This document shows positions 26,201 through 44,982 of a stretch of DNA of 64,000 nt, in pieces. The DNA is from Ylistrum balloti (lineage: Eukaryota). The notes beneath the pieces were generated by a model, which searched no databases, was not told where the DNA came from, and was given only the letters and a program-made list of their open reading frames with translations. Each line of letters starts with the position of its first letter. Within the stretch, counting starts at the first letter, position 1. The stretch is from contig NW_026781959.1 in assembly GCF_031769215.1 (NCBI RefSeq), positions 682,001-746,000 on the forward strand, in the 5' to 3' direction. The position numbers were made by a program, and so were the translations under genes.

Positions 26201-27750
26201 GGCTGTGTAGTGAAAGTAGGAGGCTGGCCTGCCTTGTATGTGTAGTCGTGTACGGAACATTATTACGGAACTGGATTGGTGTAGGCAGCCAAATGATCAA
26301 AGTAGCAGGTCAAATTGGCCGACGACCGGCTTTTATGGAAAACCCTGAGTGTACTAATCATTCTCATATTTCATAACAAACATTCAATGCTATTTTCTTC
26401 ACAATCTTTTATTTCAAGGTATTACAGGTGTAATTAAGGACTTCTGGTCAAAGTCTGGTATGACAGTATATAGCAATACATATCTTTTTTTTAATCCTGT
26501 GGACAGAACGCATAGAACTTTAAGAAAAGATGCCTCAAAGAAAAACAATTTTAAACATTGACTTTTCACACTACAACCCGAATACCTAAATAATTTCCTT
26601 TGATAAATGTAATTGAATGGTACTGGGATTAGAAAACAGTGGGTTGAAAATGCTGTATCAGCATTTAATTTCACATGCTCAAACTATATAGAAACCTAAA
26701 CTTAGAAATGTTCTGAATTTTAGCTTTAACAGAAAACAAGGGAATGAGTTTACAATGATTGACAGACTACTTACTTATCAGTTAACAAATCAGAGTAAAA
26801 CTACTGGGGTCTCGATCTGCCAGATCTGGGGCCGATATTCAGCCCCATTCCCGATGCAAAATAGTATCTTTTTTTTCCCCAATTTAGACCCCAAGTTTTC
26901 ACAATTCTATGGAAAACACCATTACTTTTCCCAATTCTAAGGGCCCTGGGCCCCAGTCCCAAAATGGGGTGTGAGAGCCCTGAACTGCATTACATCCTAC
27001 AAGTTAGACAAAAACATTTCACCTATACAAAAGCACAACTTCATAGTAATCACAGACAGAGGACAATTTCTTAATCAATGAAAAGTGTCTATTTATTCAA
27101 GCATAGCACTCAAAGCCACCAAGAAAAAATGTGCAGTTGCATTCCCCGTGAGTGATCAAGAATCTGTAATCCTCATTTTAGCTACAGTAAACAACTGATA
27201 GAATTAATCTTATGGTACAAACATACTTATTTCTTCATTTATCTGGATACAATTCATCAATGTTGCATAGCTGCAGAGTACAATTCAGGATTCGGAACAG
27301 ATATCTGTACCAGTTGGCTATAAGCAGGTCGAGAAAACCACAAATTTGCGTATGATACTCAAACTGGTCGAAAGTGCTGCATCTATTTTTTATACTTTCC
27401 CACGTGCAAATCAATTTTAGTAGGTTGTTTCATGACTAAATAAACGCGACATGCGCAAAAAATAATAGTAAAGAAATAAAAAAAAATGTTTAAAGTAAAT
27501 TTGGCTATTTCAGCAATAAATCTATACCCAATTGGTGTATGATAAGCTACTTTGCGTATTATAGGCAAATTTATGTTTTTTTTCCTACGACCTGATAAGT
27601 TATTTCGCAAATGGCCGAGAGCGAACGTTTTATTGCATCCGAACGGGTCTTATAACAAACCGAACTATAACTCATACAAACCTTTTGAATAGTTGCCTGG
27701 TTAGGGGCAGGACCCTTTTTCTGTTGCGGTTGCACAAATGTCAGAGACAT
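17239..27750 (-). CDS. SS18: SS18/SS18L1 (SYT/CREST) BAF-complex subunit, 481 aa
   Basis: Seven exons on the minus strand: 27682-27750 (MSLTFVQPQQKKGPAPNQATIQK), 25230-25306 (MLDENNQLIQAIVDYQNKGKSTECL), 24132-24213 (QFQQMLHRNLVYLATLADSSQNIQALLP), 23401-23515, 22622-22813, 19281-19571, 17239-17858. All are GT-AG and phase-compatible; total 1446 nt. The SNH/SSXT domain is clear and is followed by a Q/P/G/M/Y-rich low-complexity tail. Confidence 0.95.
18009..18910. mobile_element. Helentron/HINE-like non-autonomous element with ~150-bp internal tandem repeats (SS18 intron 6)
   Basis: Starts ACAAGAGG...GCTCACCTG. Related subunits begin TTTGGCCCC/TTGGGCCC/TTGGGTCC/CTGGGCCC near 18216, 18369, 18521 and 18721. 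Confidence 0.6.
19358..19504 (-). repeat. Coding 21-bp tandem repeat (7 copies) in SS18 exon 6
   Basis: GACATCATTGGCTGTTGTTGT-like units on +, encoding Q(Q/N)Q(P/S)MM(S/P) x7. Confidence 0.9.
20421..20828. mobile_element. MITE with 15-bp perfect TIR, hAT-like CAGGG ends
   Basis: CAGGGTTCGTACAGA at 20421 and TCTGTACGAACCCTG ending at 20828. No clear TSD. Confidence 0.7.
21546..21877. mobile_element. HINE-like interspersed repeat
   Basis: Begins AACAAGAGATCCCAGAGGGATC (small hairpin); ends with GGAC-type microsatellite remnants then ATAGCCCACCATC. Confidence 0.5.
25422..26171. mobile_element. HINE-like element with ~141-144-bp core repeats (SS18 intron 1)
   Basis: Units start AAAGGGCAATAA/AAAGGACAATAA at about 25519, 25660, 25804 and 26022. 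The same family occurs inverted at 29121-29345. Confidence 0.65.
26172..26347. mobile_element. 176-bp hAT-like MITE, copy 1
   Basis: 14-bp perfect TIR CAGGGTTTTCCATA; flanks AGGGTACT / AGTGTACT (8-bp TSD, 7/8 match); about 93% identical by eye to the inverted copy at 48756-48931. Confidence 0.85.
26804..26982. mobile_element. Degenerate CAGGG-ended MITE
   Basis: CTGGGGTCTC...GAGAGCCCTG termini (8/10 inverted match) around a GC-richer interior; no TSD. Confidence 0.35.
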
Positions 27751-33354
<5,604 letters not shown>

Positions 33355-33735
33355 TTAGTAGCTGTTGTGTAGATCAGACTTGATGATGACAAAGAGAGAG
33401 GTTGAAAGTTAAAGCATTGTATAAAAACCTCATTCCTTAACAGCAGTGCATTTCACCACCAAGAAGGACAACTACAAAGGACACACCAAGTGTTGCAAAA
33501 CTAGAAATGCCAGAACATTGATGTATAACAGAGTTGATTTCAGACCATGATTTCCTCTTGATTAGACTGGATATCAGCATCACAGCATCTGAATCATGTA
33601 GTGAATTCAGCATGTGCTATTACTAACACTCCAAGTGCTATCAGCTTCTCTCCAAGTGTTAGTAATTCCTGTACATGTTGAAAAATAGTTTGATATCAGG
33701 AAGTTTTCAATATGTAATGGAATTTCATTTTCATG

Positions 33736-33741
33736 AATAAA
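33736..33741 (+). terminator. Candidate poly(A) signal for PSMA7
   Basis: AATAAA about 380 nt after the stop. Confidence 0.5.
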
Positions 33742-33949
33742 TATTCACTTCATCAGTTTGATTTTCTGTCATTTAAGCTTTGGTAGGAGTGCATTCATTC
33801 AGTTTTTAAAAAAGGTTTTTCTTTCATATCAGCGTGAAACTAGAAAATATTCATATCAAAGTTTGAAATTATCTCCTCGCATCAACCAGGGAGGGGATAT
33901 AGCATTCTATTTGTACATACATAAGTTCAATTTTTGTCATCACTGTAGC

Positions 33950-35135
33950 AACTTAATTTCTCAACCAATTTTGGTCAAATTTCACATACCCGGTATTAAT
34001 CAAGTAAAATGATACCTTAAACGTGTTTGTGTTTTAGCATGCCAACGATAACGTTAGGTTGCTGTTACTATTTAAAGAAAATATTTGTCATCTCTCTAGC
34101 CACTTCATTTCTCAACTGATTTTTTATCAAACTTAACTTACCGGTATTGGTCAAATATCATAAAACCTTAACCTAGTTGGTGTTTCGGTTTGCCAGGGTC
34201 AATGTCAAGGTCAAGGTCACTGTTACTATTTACAGCTATAAATATATTGCTTAATGAGGAATCATCTTTGCACATTAGAAATATAGATATAACTTATTCA
34301 TGTATTTCTGCAAATTTACCCAGCCCAATATATCTTCATTTATTATCTTTACATTTTCTTAATGACATTTCATATTGTTCCACTGGGATGTACTATATTG
34401 ACAAGAAAATAGCTTACGTGAGGGTTGATAAAATAGAGACACAATTATATCAATTATCAGAGGATGAAGTTGCTAGTGTGTGATTTAACTTGACACTGTA
34501 AGATAAATGACTGTAAGATAAATGGGAGCGAAGGTATCATTTGTGATGCCTTCTTAATTTCATAAACAAAAATACCTCATAAATGTATAGTTTTGATAAT
34601 TCAATGACAAATTATTTCAAAACAAATTACTATGCATAACAGCTGGCATGACATAACACATCATTGACAGATAATTGGTGCCATTTTCAGTCATTCAAAA
34701 CTCATTCATGAGAGGACCCTTCACATTCCATACACAAATGTGTAAAAACATCAAATAACATATTTGTTCCCTGATAAATCTGTTATTATCTCCCTGTGAA
34801 ACATGTTTGCCTGGGATATTAATTTAGGCTCCATCTGTCTGAGGGCTTTTCCAGGCTTTAACTTCAAAAGCATTCAACTCGGCTTCACAAAACCTGCTGT
34901 GTATATTAGGTTAGTGCCCTAGTTGTGCCTCTTACTATTTACAACATTACCTTTTTTATATTTTTCTGTTACCATGGAAACAAAGTTAAAAAACACAAAT
35001 TAGTGGTTACTTTCCTTTCCGGGCTATGACTTTGAAACCATTCCACTCAACTCCACAAAACTTTCTGCATATATCAGGTTAAGGCTCTAGCTGTGGCTTT
35101 CCTTATTTTATCATTTATCTTTTTTCTGTTACCAT
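33950..35135. mobile_element. Two degenerate HINE-like fragments (~33950-34225 and ~34790-35135), each with two ~155-160-bp subunits
   Basis: Duplicated TTTCTCAAC...TCAAA...CCGGTATT and TTTTCTGTTACCAT motifs, plus the CAAGGTCAAGGTCA signature. Confidence 0.45.
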
Positions 35136-36497
35136 TTCTTGTGACTTCTTGTATTACTGGAGAGCTTATAGAGTCTTAAATTTGTTCATGGACAATACCG
35201 GGCTCTACTCAAGTATCAATAAACACTACATCAAGATAGAAACTATACACTATATATATGTATTTATAATGTTGAATTTGAGGAGATGCAAGGAAATTTA
35301 ATAGATAATTGACAAAAGAAGATGTTACATTTTGCTTTCACTGTATTAGGTCTTCAGCTGATAGTGGTACATAATTGAGTGACATCAGAAATTGTTATCA
35401 CTGGTGTATATATATATATCATACTTTGGTTTTACACACCAACGGTTGGGTGCGAGGGATAATGCCACACTTTGTGACTCCTTGTTTATTTGTTGTTTGT
35501 GTACATTGTAAGATATTTTTTTCTTTTGTTTACATCATTGAATGACAGCTATCCATCCATACCAAGTGAAAGTAAATGGATATTCCATTCATAAATGATT
35601 AAGTTCCAACAGACATGACGTAACATGGCGTGTTGCCATTAAGTCCTCTCTTCACTATCAAGCAGGCAGAGCTAGATTTTTTTTTTTTTGAGAAGTGGAG
35701 AAAAGAACAAATTGAGGAATCGAGAAGCTGCATTTTACATACAAACAAGAAAAAAGTAATCTTGTTCACAAGAAAAATTTGATGCAAGATGAATGAAGAT
35801 CATTCACAATAGGTCACCATAGGTGACCTTCTAAAGACAACACAAATGTTTGGGTTTTTACTTAACCTCATTAGATGGTAAGCTGTCAAATCATGTTCAG
35901 TCCAAATCAATTTCAAATATTTCATGAAGAACTGAACTGACCTTTCTCTAATTTCATTTGTAGATTTGATTGACTGAAAATGTAATTTTTTATTGTACTT
36001 AATTTCATAAGGTATTAGTCCTCAGCCTTTCTTTCACTTGATCATTAATCTTGACTGCCAAATCTAATTTTTCTGTTTCAATAATTAGATATTAACAAAT
36101 AAGAAAATATTTTTGTGTAATTCCAAATTTATTTGTATCAAAATTCACATGAAACAAAACAATAGCAACAGCTAAACATATCTTAAATATATTCCCATAT
36201 TCTCATAAAGTTCACATAAATCCCTATATATTTTACCCTCTGTAGCTGTCCCATTTATACCAGAGGTAGGATACATAGAGGTAACATAATGGTTAGTTGT
36301 TGTATATGTATTTCTTTCACTCCAGTTAATTTATTTTTTCGAAAGGTAACTTTAAAAGCACTGTAACTAACAAGAATGAAAGAAAAACCAAAGTTTGTGT
36401 TACCTATTTTTGCAACAGTAATCTACCCCAAGAAATATGTGGAAATTTATAACAACTCACTAGTAGTAAATGAATGTTATATTAAAAGAGACGGGTT

Positions 36498-37483
36498 AAG
36501 CTCCCCGAATAGGACAAGATTTAAGTATGAAAAATAACAAAGGGTAATAAGAAAGTTATGATTTCTGTATACACTGTCCTTCTCCTTGTTGAGATCTATC
36601 TACCAATGAAGTTTCATGCTGATACCTCTTACAGTTTTAGTGTAATGCCACAGACAAAATTTAAGTAAGAAAAATAACAAAGGACAATAACTCCTAAATT
36701 ATTCAAGAGAGAGTTATGGTTCTGGTGCAAAGCTGCGACTATATGCTCTCCCTTTAAGTGCCCTTTCCCTAAAATATAAAGGTTAAAGGATGCTTATTAA
36801 GTGTCATGAAACAGAAATTGTGACACTGAATATAGTAAGCGTGTGTCAATACATGCAAATCAAAACTGTCATCCTCTACTGATAATTCTTATAAAGTTAT
36901 TTCCAGTGGGAAATACCAACGCTTAGCTCAAAAATTCAATTTGACCCCTTTTGGTCCCACCCCTCAGGCCCCTGAGGGTCAGTCAGGATCAAAATGGGCA
37001 TACCATGAAGCCGTCATCCTTAATAATTCTAACCAAGTTTGAAATATTTCCAATGGAAATTAAACAAAATATGCTCAAAAGTCTAGTTTTCCTTTATAAA
37101 CTATAGTAAACTTTACCCCCTCCCCCTGGGGAAATGTGATACCCTGAGGCCATGAAATTCACAATATCAGTAAAGCACCTTAAGATGCTTCCATTCATGA
37201 AGAGTATTTGATTTTACCATATCTGGGTCTTGAGAAGAAGATTTTTTAAATCCGAGTAAATTTGACCCCTTTTAGCACTGCCCCTCAGGCCCCTCGGTGT
37301 TAGGGACTGTACAATTCGCAATTTTAGTTCATTTTAGGCAAGAGAAGCTTTCTGTAAAATTTCATTGAAATTTGATCAGGGGTTTTGTTGAAAATATTTC
37401 ATTGTTTACGGATGTACATTGCTGGATGTAAGTGATTAGAATAGGTCACCATGCACCACAAGACATATCTCAGGTGACCTAAC
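36498..37483. mobile_element. HINE-like elements; 36940-37260 has an inverted relative at 46600-46880
   Basis: AACAAAGG(G/A)(T/C)AATAA repeats at 36537 and 36677. CTATAGTAAACTTTACCCCCTCCCC...CTGAGGCCATGAAATTCACA...GTAAAGCACCTTAAG matches the reverse complement of 46660-46770. Terminal hairpin AGGTCACC...GGTGACCT at 37443-37480. Confidence 0.7.
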
Positions 37484-38885
37484 AACCTTCAGGATGTTTG
37501 CACAATGGTCCGAGAGTGGAATAATAACAGCATATTTTGGAAGAAATTAATTATGAATGAGTCAAGCCCCTGTAAAATCCCTCCTTCACACATCATCATT
37601 AAGACAGAGAAGCTGGCTATATAATATATTATCAGTGTTAAGCTCATAATTTATCATACCTTTGTACCTCAGTCACAATAGTATTACATGGTCACCACAT
37701 CCTACTACATGATTTACAATGCTCAATATATACATAAACATAGACATTCCAGGTTAATTACTGATGATGTATGCTATGTATCTTCCGATGTTCATCTTTC
37801 TGAGATTCCTGAGAAATTTTGGCATTCCCCATATTGTAATCTTTATAATTTGATTATTTTTCCCTCCTTTCTTTTATTTGATCTTAATTATGTATTATCA
37901 CTTATTGACATTACCATAGTAACATCAATAAAGAAAGGTAGCACTTCAAGAAATACCAATAACAAATTAACATTATCATTGTCCAAGATAGCTCTTCTAG
38001 ATATTGATTTGATCTTGTGTGAAGTTTGAATAAAATCCCTCAAAGAATGAAGTCACTGACAAGGATAAATGTTATGTATGTAACTATGTACACATATTAA
38101 GTATGGAAACATCCCTAAATCCTCTCCCTCATGATGTGATAACAAGCTCTGAAATTTCACATTGGAACAAATATGAAAAATATTCATAAACAGACCATTT
38201 GAACCATTAAATATAGGTAAATAATTCCATAATACTGAACGATCGTGTTATAGTCAGTAGCAAACACAAAGAATAATGTAAAAGGAAGCCTTACTGTCAA
38301 TGTAGGTGGTACAGCACTTGGCCTGGGACATGCCCTTAAATAGCAGGTTCATTAAAAAGAAGCAGGCCATATTGAGATTCTACTGATACTTTAAGGAAAG
38401 CTTCCTTCATTTACTTAAGAAGTGGAAAAGAGCTGATTAAAAATACTGCAGATGGCATAGTAAAAATAAACAAAATAAAAAACACAATAGATTCAAAGAA
38501 TCTATGAGATAATGAATTGTTTTTGAAGAACTGAATTATAACTGTAAAATTAGAAGTAAAACAAACATAAAAAACATATGATATGTTAATAATCAATAAA
38601 CCTGCACACCCGTAATACATGTATATACAAGCATTTACATGGCCATCTTTGCTTAATATCCAGAAAATACTGGTAAAATATCTTTTGTGGCAAATCAATG
38701 AGACTAGATAAAATGATTGGTAAATGTCACTGTAGACATTTGGGCTACATAATTATCATACCAGAAAATACACAGTTTCCATAACACATGCATCTAATAC
38801 TTGTAACATGACTTAGGAGAACCATTACAAAACCTCATTCAGCATATACAATTACATTTTTAGTACTTCTTATACATTCAGTACT

Positions 38886-39527
38886 AACAAGAGGAAAATG
38901 AACCTGCATTGCTCACCTGGTTTTCATTTATGATGTTTCTCACTTTTAACTGCATCAACATTTTACATTGTCAACATTCTAAGTCCTAATTAATGAGAAA
39001 ATATTTGAAGGTTGTAACAAATTTGAATCCTATAGCCTTGCATATGGGTCAAGGTTATTTTCTTCATGAAACTCTGATGGGCGTCATTTTAGGAACCAAT
39101 CAGCGAAAATATCATGAAGGATTTAACAAATCTGACACTCATATCCTTGAATATGGTTCAAGATTATTTCGTTAGCCAAGAGAAATCATGTGAACAAATT
39201 TGTCGCTTGTGACCATCAACAGAGGAAAATGTCATTTCCTTTATCATTGATTGAAGGGCTTAATCTCAGCAACATTCCAACCAAATATTCTGTTTGTAGG
39301 CCTTTTGGTTATTGAGAAAGTGGCATTCGAAGGTTTCAATTTTGATCCTATGACCTTGAATATGAGCAAGGTCATTTTTTTCACAAACTTTGTCAGCTTC
39401 ACTCCAGGTATCTTCTACTGAAACACCCTGATTCTAAGTTGTTTAAATGGAAAAGTTGAAGCTGGACAGACAGACGTTGCACCACTGCAAAAGCTCACTA
39501 AGCATTTTGGACCATGTGAGCTAAAAA
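38886..39527. mobile_element. HINE-like element
   Basis: Starts AACAAGAGG...TTGCTCACCTG; ends GGACAGACAGACG...AAGCTCAC...GTGAGCTAAAAA; internal TGACCTTGAATATG / CCTTGCATATGGGTCAAGG repeats. Confidence 0.65.
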
Positions 39528-39952
39528 CCCAAGAGAAATGTAGTCAAATTTGGACTGATGTTGCTTTTATATATTACAATACTGGACACAATAAGTTTAT
39601 GAACAAGTAAAAATAAAATATTTAGGATGTCATTAAAAATCTAGTTTGCAAAGGTTACAAAATTATTCGGTGTTGTGGTTAAAAATGCATCACTAAATTT
39701 TTCTGCAAATCCATATAAAATTTCAAGCACCCCAATTTTTTAGAACATAATAGGTATATGATATATATTGTACCAAAATCTGTGTGTTGTTTCCATCAAC
39801 AAACACCATCAATATAATTCTATATACTGGTATAGGATTGATATCATATAATTTCATACATATCTTCATTTTTCAAAAAAAAGTCTAGTAATATCAGTTC
39901 ATCAAATATCTAAAAACATCATGAAAGAATACCTGCTTTAGCAGAGTCTTTG

Positions 39953-41605
39953 TCAACATCCAAATACTTCAGAGTAGAGTTCTACATTGGCATACCACAC
40001 AGGCTTTCCTGTCTTGTTCACATTACAGTGCAGGATGAGAGGGTGTTTATCCTCCCAGCATGCTGATGTTAATGCATCTCCCCAACATGTGGAGCCAAAG
40101 TACAACATTTGCATACTTTTGATGTGAAACTCATTAAAGTTTTTAATATGACGAAAGTGTTCACGGTACGATGCAATACTAGCCACCTCAAAGAAGTAGC
40201 GTACATAGGAGGAGCAACGCGTACGCTGGGCGATGTCTGTGTCACTGAGAGGTACAGCAAAAGGGTGGAGGAAGGCAGTTTCAGGCTTCTGTGAGGGTGT
40301 TATGTTGAGGATGTGGGGTTCAATATTGTCCATGTCATTTGAGCTGAATCTGTTGCGCCACCAATCTGGAATATCAGCCACTTCATCTCGAGCGATATTC
40401 ACAAGTGTGTGCATGTTTTTAATCCTCACCGAGGGCTTCATTTTCCCCCCACATGACATCTCACACACTGTGGTAAATGTTGTCCTGCCAATGTGAGCTA
40501 GGTTGACAGTAATATCAAGTGGTGCTTTTGGAGTTATTGTTTCATAGAAGTCTTTTTTCACTTCAAATGAACATGCCTTCACTATGGAACTGAAGTTCTG
40601 TTTGTTGAGACTCGTATAATCAAGGAACGGTGAACTGTTATAGAAACCTGCATGCTCCACTCGGTTGATCATTTCAAACACTCGCCAAATGTCAGGTTGT
40701 CCTGTACATAAAAACAATGTCAAATTAGTCATGAACTCAAAAATGTAAAGTATTATTCACATTTATATAAATATTTTATAAGTTAAAAAGAGCTTACAGC
40801 AAACCCCTAACTGGGCATGCACTTTATTTTCATGAAAAATGTGTTTTTATATATCAGAACTGGAAGGGATCACAGCATCCACTTTAATTTGATCTTATTT
40901 GTTTTTAATACCTGGATCTTGTTCCATGGTTTTAATTCTTTCTTCTGTTAGAGCTTTTAATCATGTAAGTAGCGACAACAATCTTACACTATCAAATCAA
41001 AGATAGCCACCTATCACCCATTTTCCTATAGTTTCAACAAATTGTCACCTCAATGTGATTAAGTTATAGATGAAAAAGTATTAGCCAATCAGAAGCCAGA
41101 AGGTGTCCATCTTGCCAAATTAGGAATATATTAGCACATTTAGAGGCCATCAGCACATATCTCTTAAAGTGTGGTGAAAATCTAACAAAGTTTTGGAGAA
41201 AACATTTCTGAAACCTTACAGGCGATATGCAGGAGGTGAAAGAAGACTGATAATAATAAGAATCCTGGTAAAAACAGTAAGTCCCCAAAATGCATTTCGA
41301 GAACTTATATATTTCAAATTGTCATTCCTAAGCAATGCAGTATACAAACTTTTAATGAGGCAACTGCATGCCATCATAAGGGTATGCCAAAATGAGACAC
41401 ATGATGGTAAAATCTCACTGATATTCTAACTTTAAAAATTAATCTAAGACAGACATATTACCTTGGGTTATTTTGATGACATCGAACATATCTTTTGTTT
41501 ATGTTAGCTTTGAAGATATTTACCTGTGTGATCAATATCATCAAATCTGAGTCCAGGTAATACAACCAACATGTTTTTGCCGTTATTTGTTACATTGATC
41601 TTCAT
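39953..41605 (-). CDS. Double hotdog-fold (acyl-CoA/acyl-ACP thioesterase-like) protein, 276 aa
   Basis: Exon 41524-41605 (MKINVTNNGKNMLVVLPGLRFDDIDHT-G, donor GTAAAT, phase 1; acceptor at 41624 implies an upstream UTR exon) joins 39953-40701 (acceptor TACAG). It carries two hotdog-type signatures, LRFDDIDHTGQPDIWRVFE and VPLSDTDIAQRTRCSSYVRYFFE, plus strand motifs HIGRTTFTT and YFGSTCWGDAL. Confidence 0.75.
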
Positions 41606-43349
41606 GTTGAGTGATGGATATGATCTGTAAAGTTAAATAGAAATTTATAAATATAACACAAGCTTGCATAAATTACCACTAAACGTACAAAAACAAATTA
41701 CAAATACATGAACTGTAAACAAAGTATGTAGGAAACCATGACGAAAGTTTACTTTCTAAAGTAACACTGCATACAGAAAAACCAAATATTAACCTCTGTA
41801 GCGCAATATTAGTCTGAATTATTCTGATCAGTCTGGAGTCAATGGTAAATGCAATATCTGTAACAACATCAATATTTCTATAAAAATATAGAAACTAATC
41901 TAAGATTATATTTTTCTAACACTGGTACCATCCATTTCCATGAGATATTATTTTACATAGAGAATATGGCTTGCCAATGAATACCATATGATACTTTTTC
42001 ATGAGTATGACAAAATATCAATTTTTTCATGATTATATAGTAATAACAATTAAAAACAAGACCATTCTGAATATGGCAGTTCCCCACTGACATTGAAGTT
42101 CAGGATGTATATACCAGTTTATTTGTACTCTATGGTTTCTTCGTTGAGATATTCAACATAACAAAGAACAAATGGTAAAATGTTGTTTCTTAAAGGGATT
42201 AAAATAGTTAGATCTTGTTATTTTTCCCATGCATTTGATTTCAAGCAAGCATTGTAATACTAAAACTTAGACTCGTCACAAAATTATAACACTCTCTGAG
42301 AGAAAATGATAGAGATTATCAGCTTAAAACTGATGTTAGTAAACACTGAAACATTGAAATGTCATTAATGTTCAAATGATGATTTGATTTGATTTAATAC
42401 ATGTGTAATTTTGAGTCACTGCAAGCTAACTCGAGTCAAGTCAGTGTCTCTGTAATGAGTAATGTCATCAGAAATGGAAGTGTAGTTACATTTCAGATGC
42501 ATCCGGTGGTCATTTCAGTTGAGTGAATTTAAGATTGTATCTGGATTTTTTCAATAAATCTTCCAGTATTAACACATTTCTATCAATTTATGTACCGTAT
42601 TGCTTTGTTGGCAACAATTCATTGACATAGAGTTGCTAGCGAGAAATGATTCTGGAACTAAAGTGGCAATGAAATCATAGTCCAGTTAGCATATTACGAG
42701 CAATTTTGTGTCTTTCCCCAACCTGATCATTATTTCAATTCATTTAAAAGATTTCAAGATGACCTGAAGTCATTAAAGAAAATATGTCTTTTTGAAGGTA
42801 ATAAATATTTGGTTAGCTTCTGTTGTCTAATCAATTATAAATAAATGTTAAGAATTGTTGCCATTTGTTTATTCGATTTAATTAAATACCATATCATGCA
42901 CAGTTGTCCTACAGTAGGATGGCCTAACTGTTATGGTATAATTTGTGCTAGTTCAAACAACGGTGGTGCAGAACGTGTTACACGGTTGTCATTATGTCAT
43001 CTTCTCCGTTTAATTACACTGGCCACATATAACCATTACCGTATGAGCCTTTTCACAGCATGCCCAATCATCTTGAAATGTGTACATAGGGTGTTGTAAG
43101 GAGAGATCTGCAAGCAGAAATTGTTGTTGATGTTAGTAAAAATTTGCTGTTCGGAACGTTCGGAACTCGTCTCATTTTCAATGATTTCCGAATGAAAAGT
43201 AAAATAATAGGAAAAAAGTTTCTTTGGAAGTTTTCCTTTAATATTATCTAAGAAGAGTAAGTATCGTAACCGTCAAAATTTATCACTTTAAATGCTTTTA
43301 TGATTGACATATTTAATGGCAAACGTTTTACTTTTTAGCGATCGATTCA

Positions 43350-43403
43350 GTGCGGAAAACAACATGGCAGCGCCCATGTAAAATTAAGTTTTTCCTATGA
43401 CAG
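43350..43403 (+). promoter_or_regulatory. Candidate TSS and first exon of a + strand transcript (possibly ANO10)
   Basis: YY1-type AACATGGCAGCGCCCAT at 43361-43377 in a CpG-rich patch; ATGACAG|GTAAGA donor at 43403/43404. Confidence 0.45.
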
Positions 43404-44631
43404 GTAAGAATGGAAAACGTTTCATTGAAATTTTGGTCCAAGCAAGTCAACATTACATAGATCTAGCAATTCAAAGAAAATACACTGGTATTGACACATC
43501 AATCATTGTGGTATTTAAGGAATGTATACGGTAGAAAAATTACTTTTGTACAGTTACAAATGGGCGTGGCACTTTTGTTGACAACTGGAAACTGCTTTGC
43601 AGTGTTCAGTTGAATGTCGCATTATTGTTCCAAGGATGTAGTGTTTTCTATTGACATTTTTGTTTTTGTTTGTTTTTGGTGCTTTTTGTTATTTTTGTTT
43701 GTTTTGGTTGTTGTCAAAATGGTAGACGATGTCCATGGAAGTTTGGAAGTTTACAATCAAGACACAACACAGTATTCCGACGGATTCTGACTATCTGCGA
43801 TTTTATTGTTGTCTTTTTTTCGGACGGTAGTCAGAATTCATCCCTATATAAAAACGCCAAATTTTAGCGACCCTGCAAAGGTCGGCATTCAAGCAATACT
43901 TTATGTCATTTAAAACTGTAAATAGTAATAATAACTCATACGTCGATGAAAGGACAATTTCTTTACTACTGACTTATACGTTTTTCCCAAACAATTTTAC
44001 TTAGATAGCATTTTGTGATGGCTGCTACTATGAGGAATATCTGTATAGAATTGTCGTAAATCTACCATTTCTGTCAGTCTCCAAAAAATTTACTTTTGGT
44101 TTAAATTGTTACAATAAGGAATAATGTTATTGCTTTTATAAGAAATAATGATAATTCATAATGCTTTTTCTCATTGACTCTGTTTGGCTCACATTGCTTC
44201 AGTCAGATGGAGACCACTGATTAAGGTGCAATACAACAAGATTAAGATGTTTTTGCCAGTAATAAAACCTTATCTGAGCTATAACACTTTGTATGGAAAT
44301 TTAAGACAACCTTATGAAACAAGAGATATAACTGCTTCACCTACAGGTAGTGAGCATTACACACAGTAGGTCACTGTGACCTTCATTGCTAGATCAAATG
44401 GTCCCGTAATTTGGGTTCAGACCATGGATTTTGAACCATCAGAGATGTTTGATACATGAAACATTATCATATCACCTAAAAACAGTGATAAGCAATGTAC
44501 CGAAATTAAGTCAGTGTTACCTGTCAGGTAAGTGTCAAATTTTCAATACATTCTCATTAGAGTGATAGTTTTATAACTGTATAAGATATCTAGAAGAAAT
44601 AAGAAATTGTAAATCCAGAGGTAACATATAT

Positions 44632-44982
44632 TGGTGTCATCTTCTCCGTCCGTCTGTTCGTACGTCCATTTCTTGTGAACGCAACTCCTCCTAAACTAAT
44701 CATCAGATTTTCACGAACTTGCTCGATGTCACTACTACAATGGGTAGATGTGCATGAAGGGGCGATTTTTTGGTTCTTTAATTTTTGTAAGATTTATGCC
44801 ATTTTCAACTTTGTAGCTTGCTTTTAGTGGACCTTTGTTAACGCAACTCCTCCTAAACTAATGATCAGATTTTCATGAAACTTGCTCAGTATCACTACCA
44901 CAATGGATTTATGTGCTGGAAATGGCGATTCTTGATCTTTATATTTTGTGGCGGTGTATATTGTGTCCACGGCACTCTTGTT
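44632..44982. mobile_element. HINE-like element with two 162-bp core repeats
   Basis: GTCC microsatellite-like head; AACGCAACTCCTCCTAAACTAAT at 44678 and 44840; ends CACTCTTGTT. Confidence 0.7.

Noticed and set aside
43148-43170. GTTCGGAACGTTCGGAAC as a heat-shock element
   Set aside because: TTC-G-GAA spacing is one base short of the nTTCnnGAAn pattern, so only two pentamers are in register.
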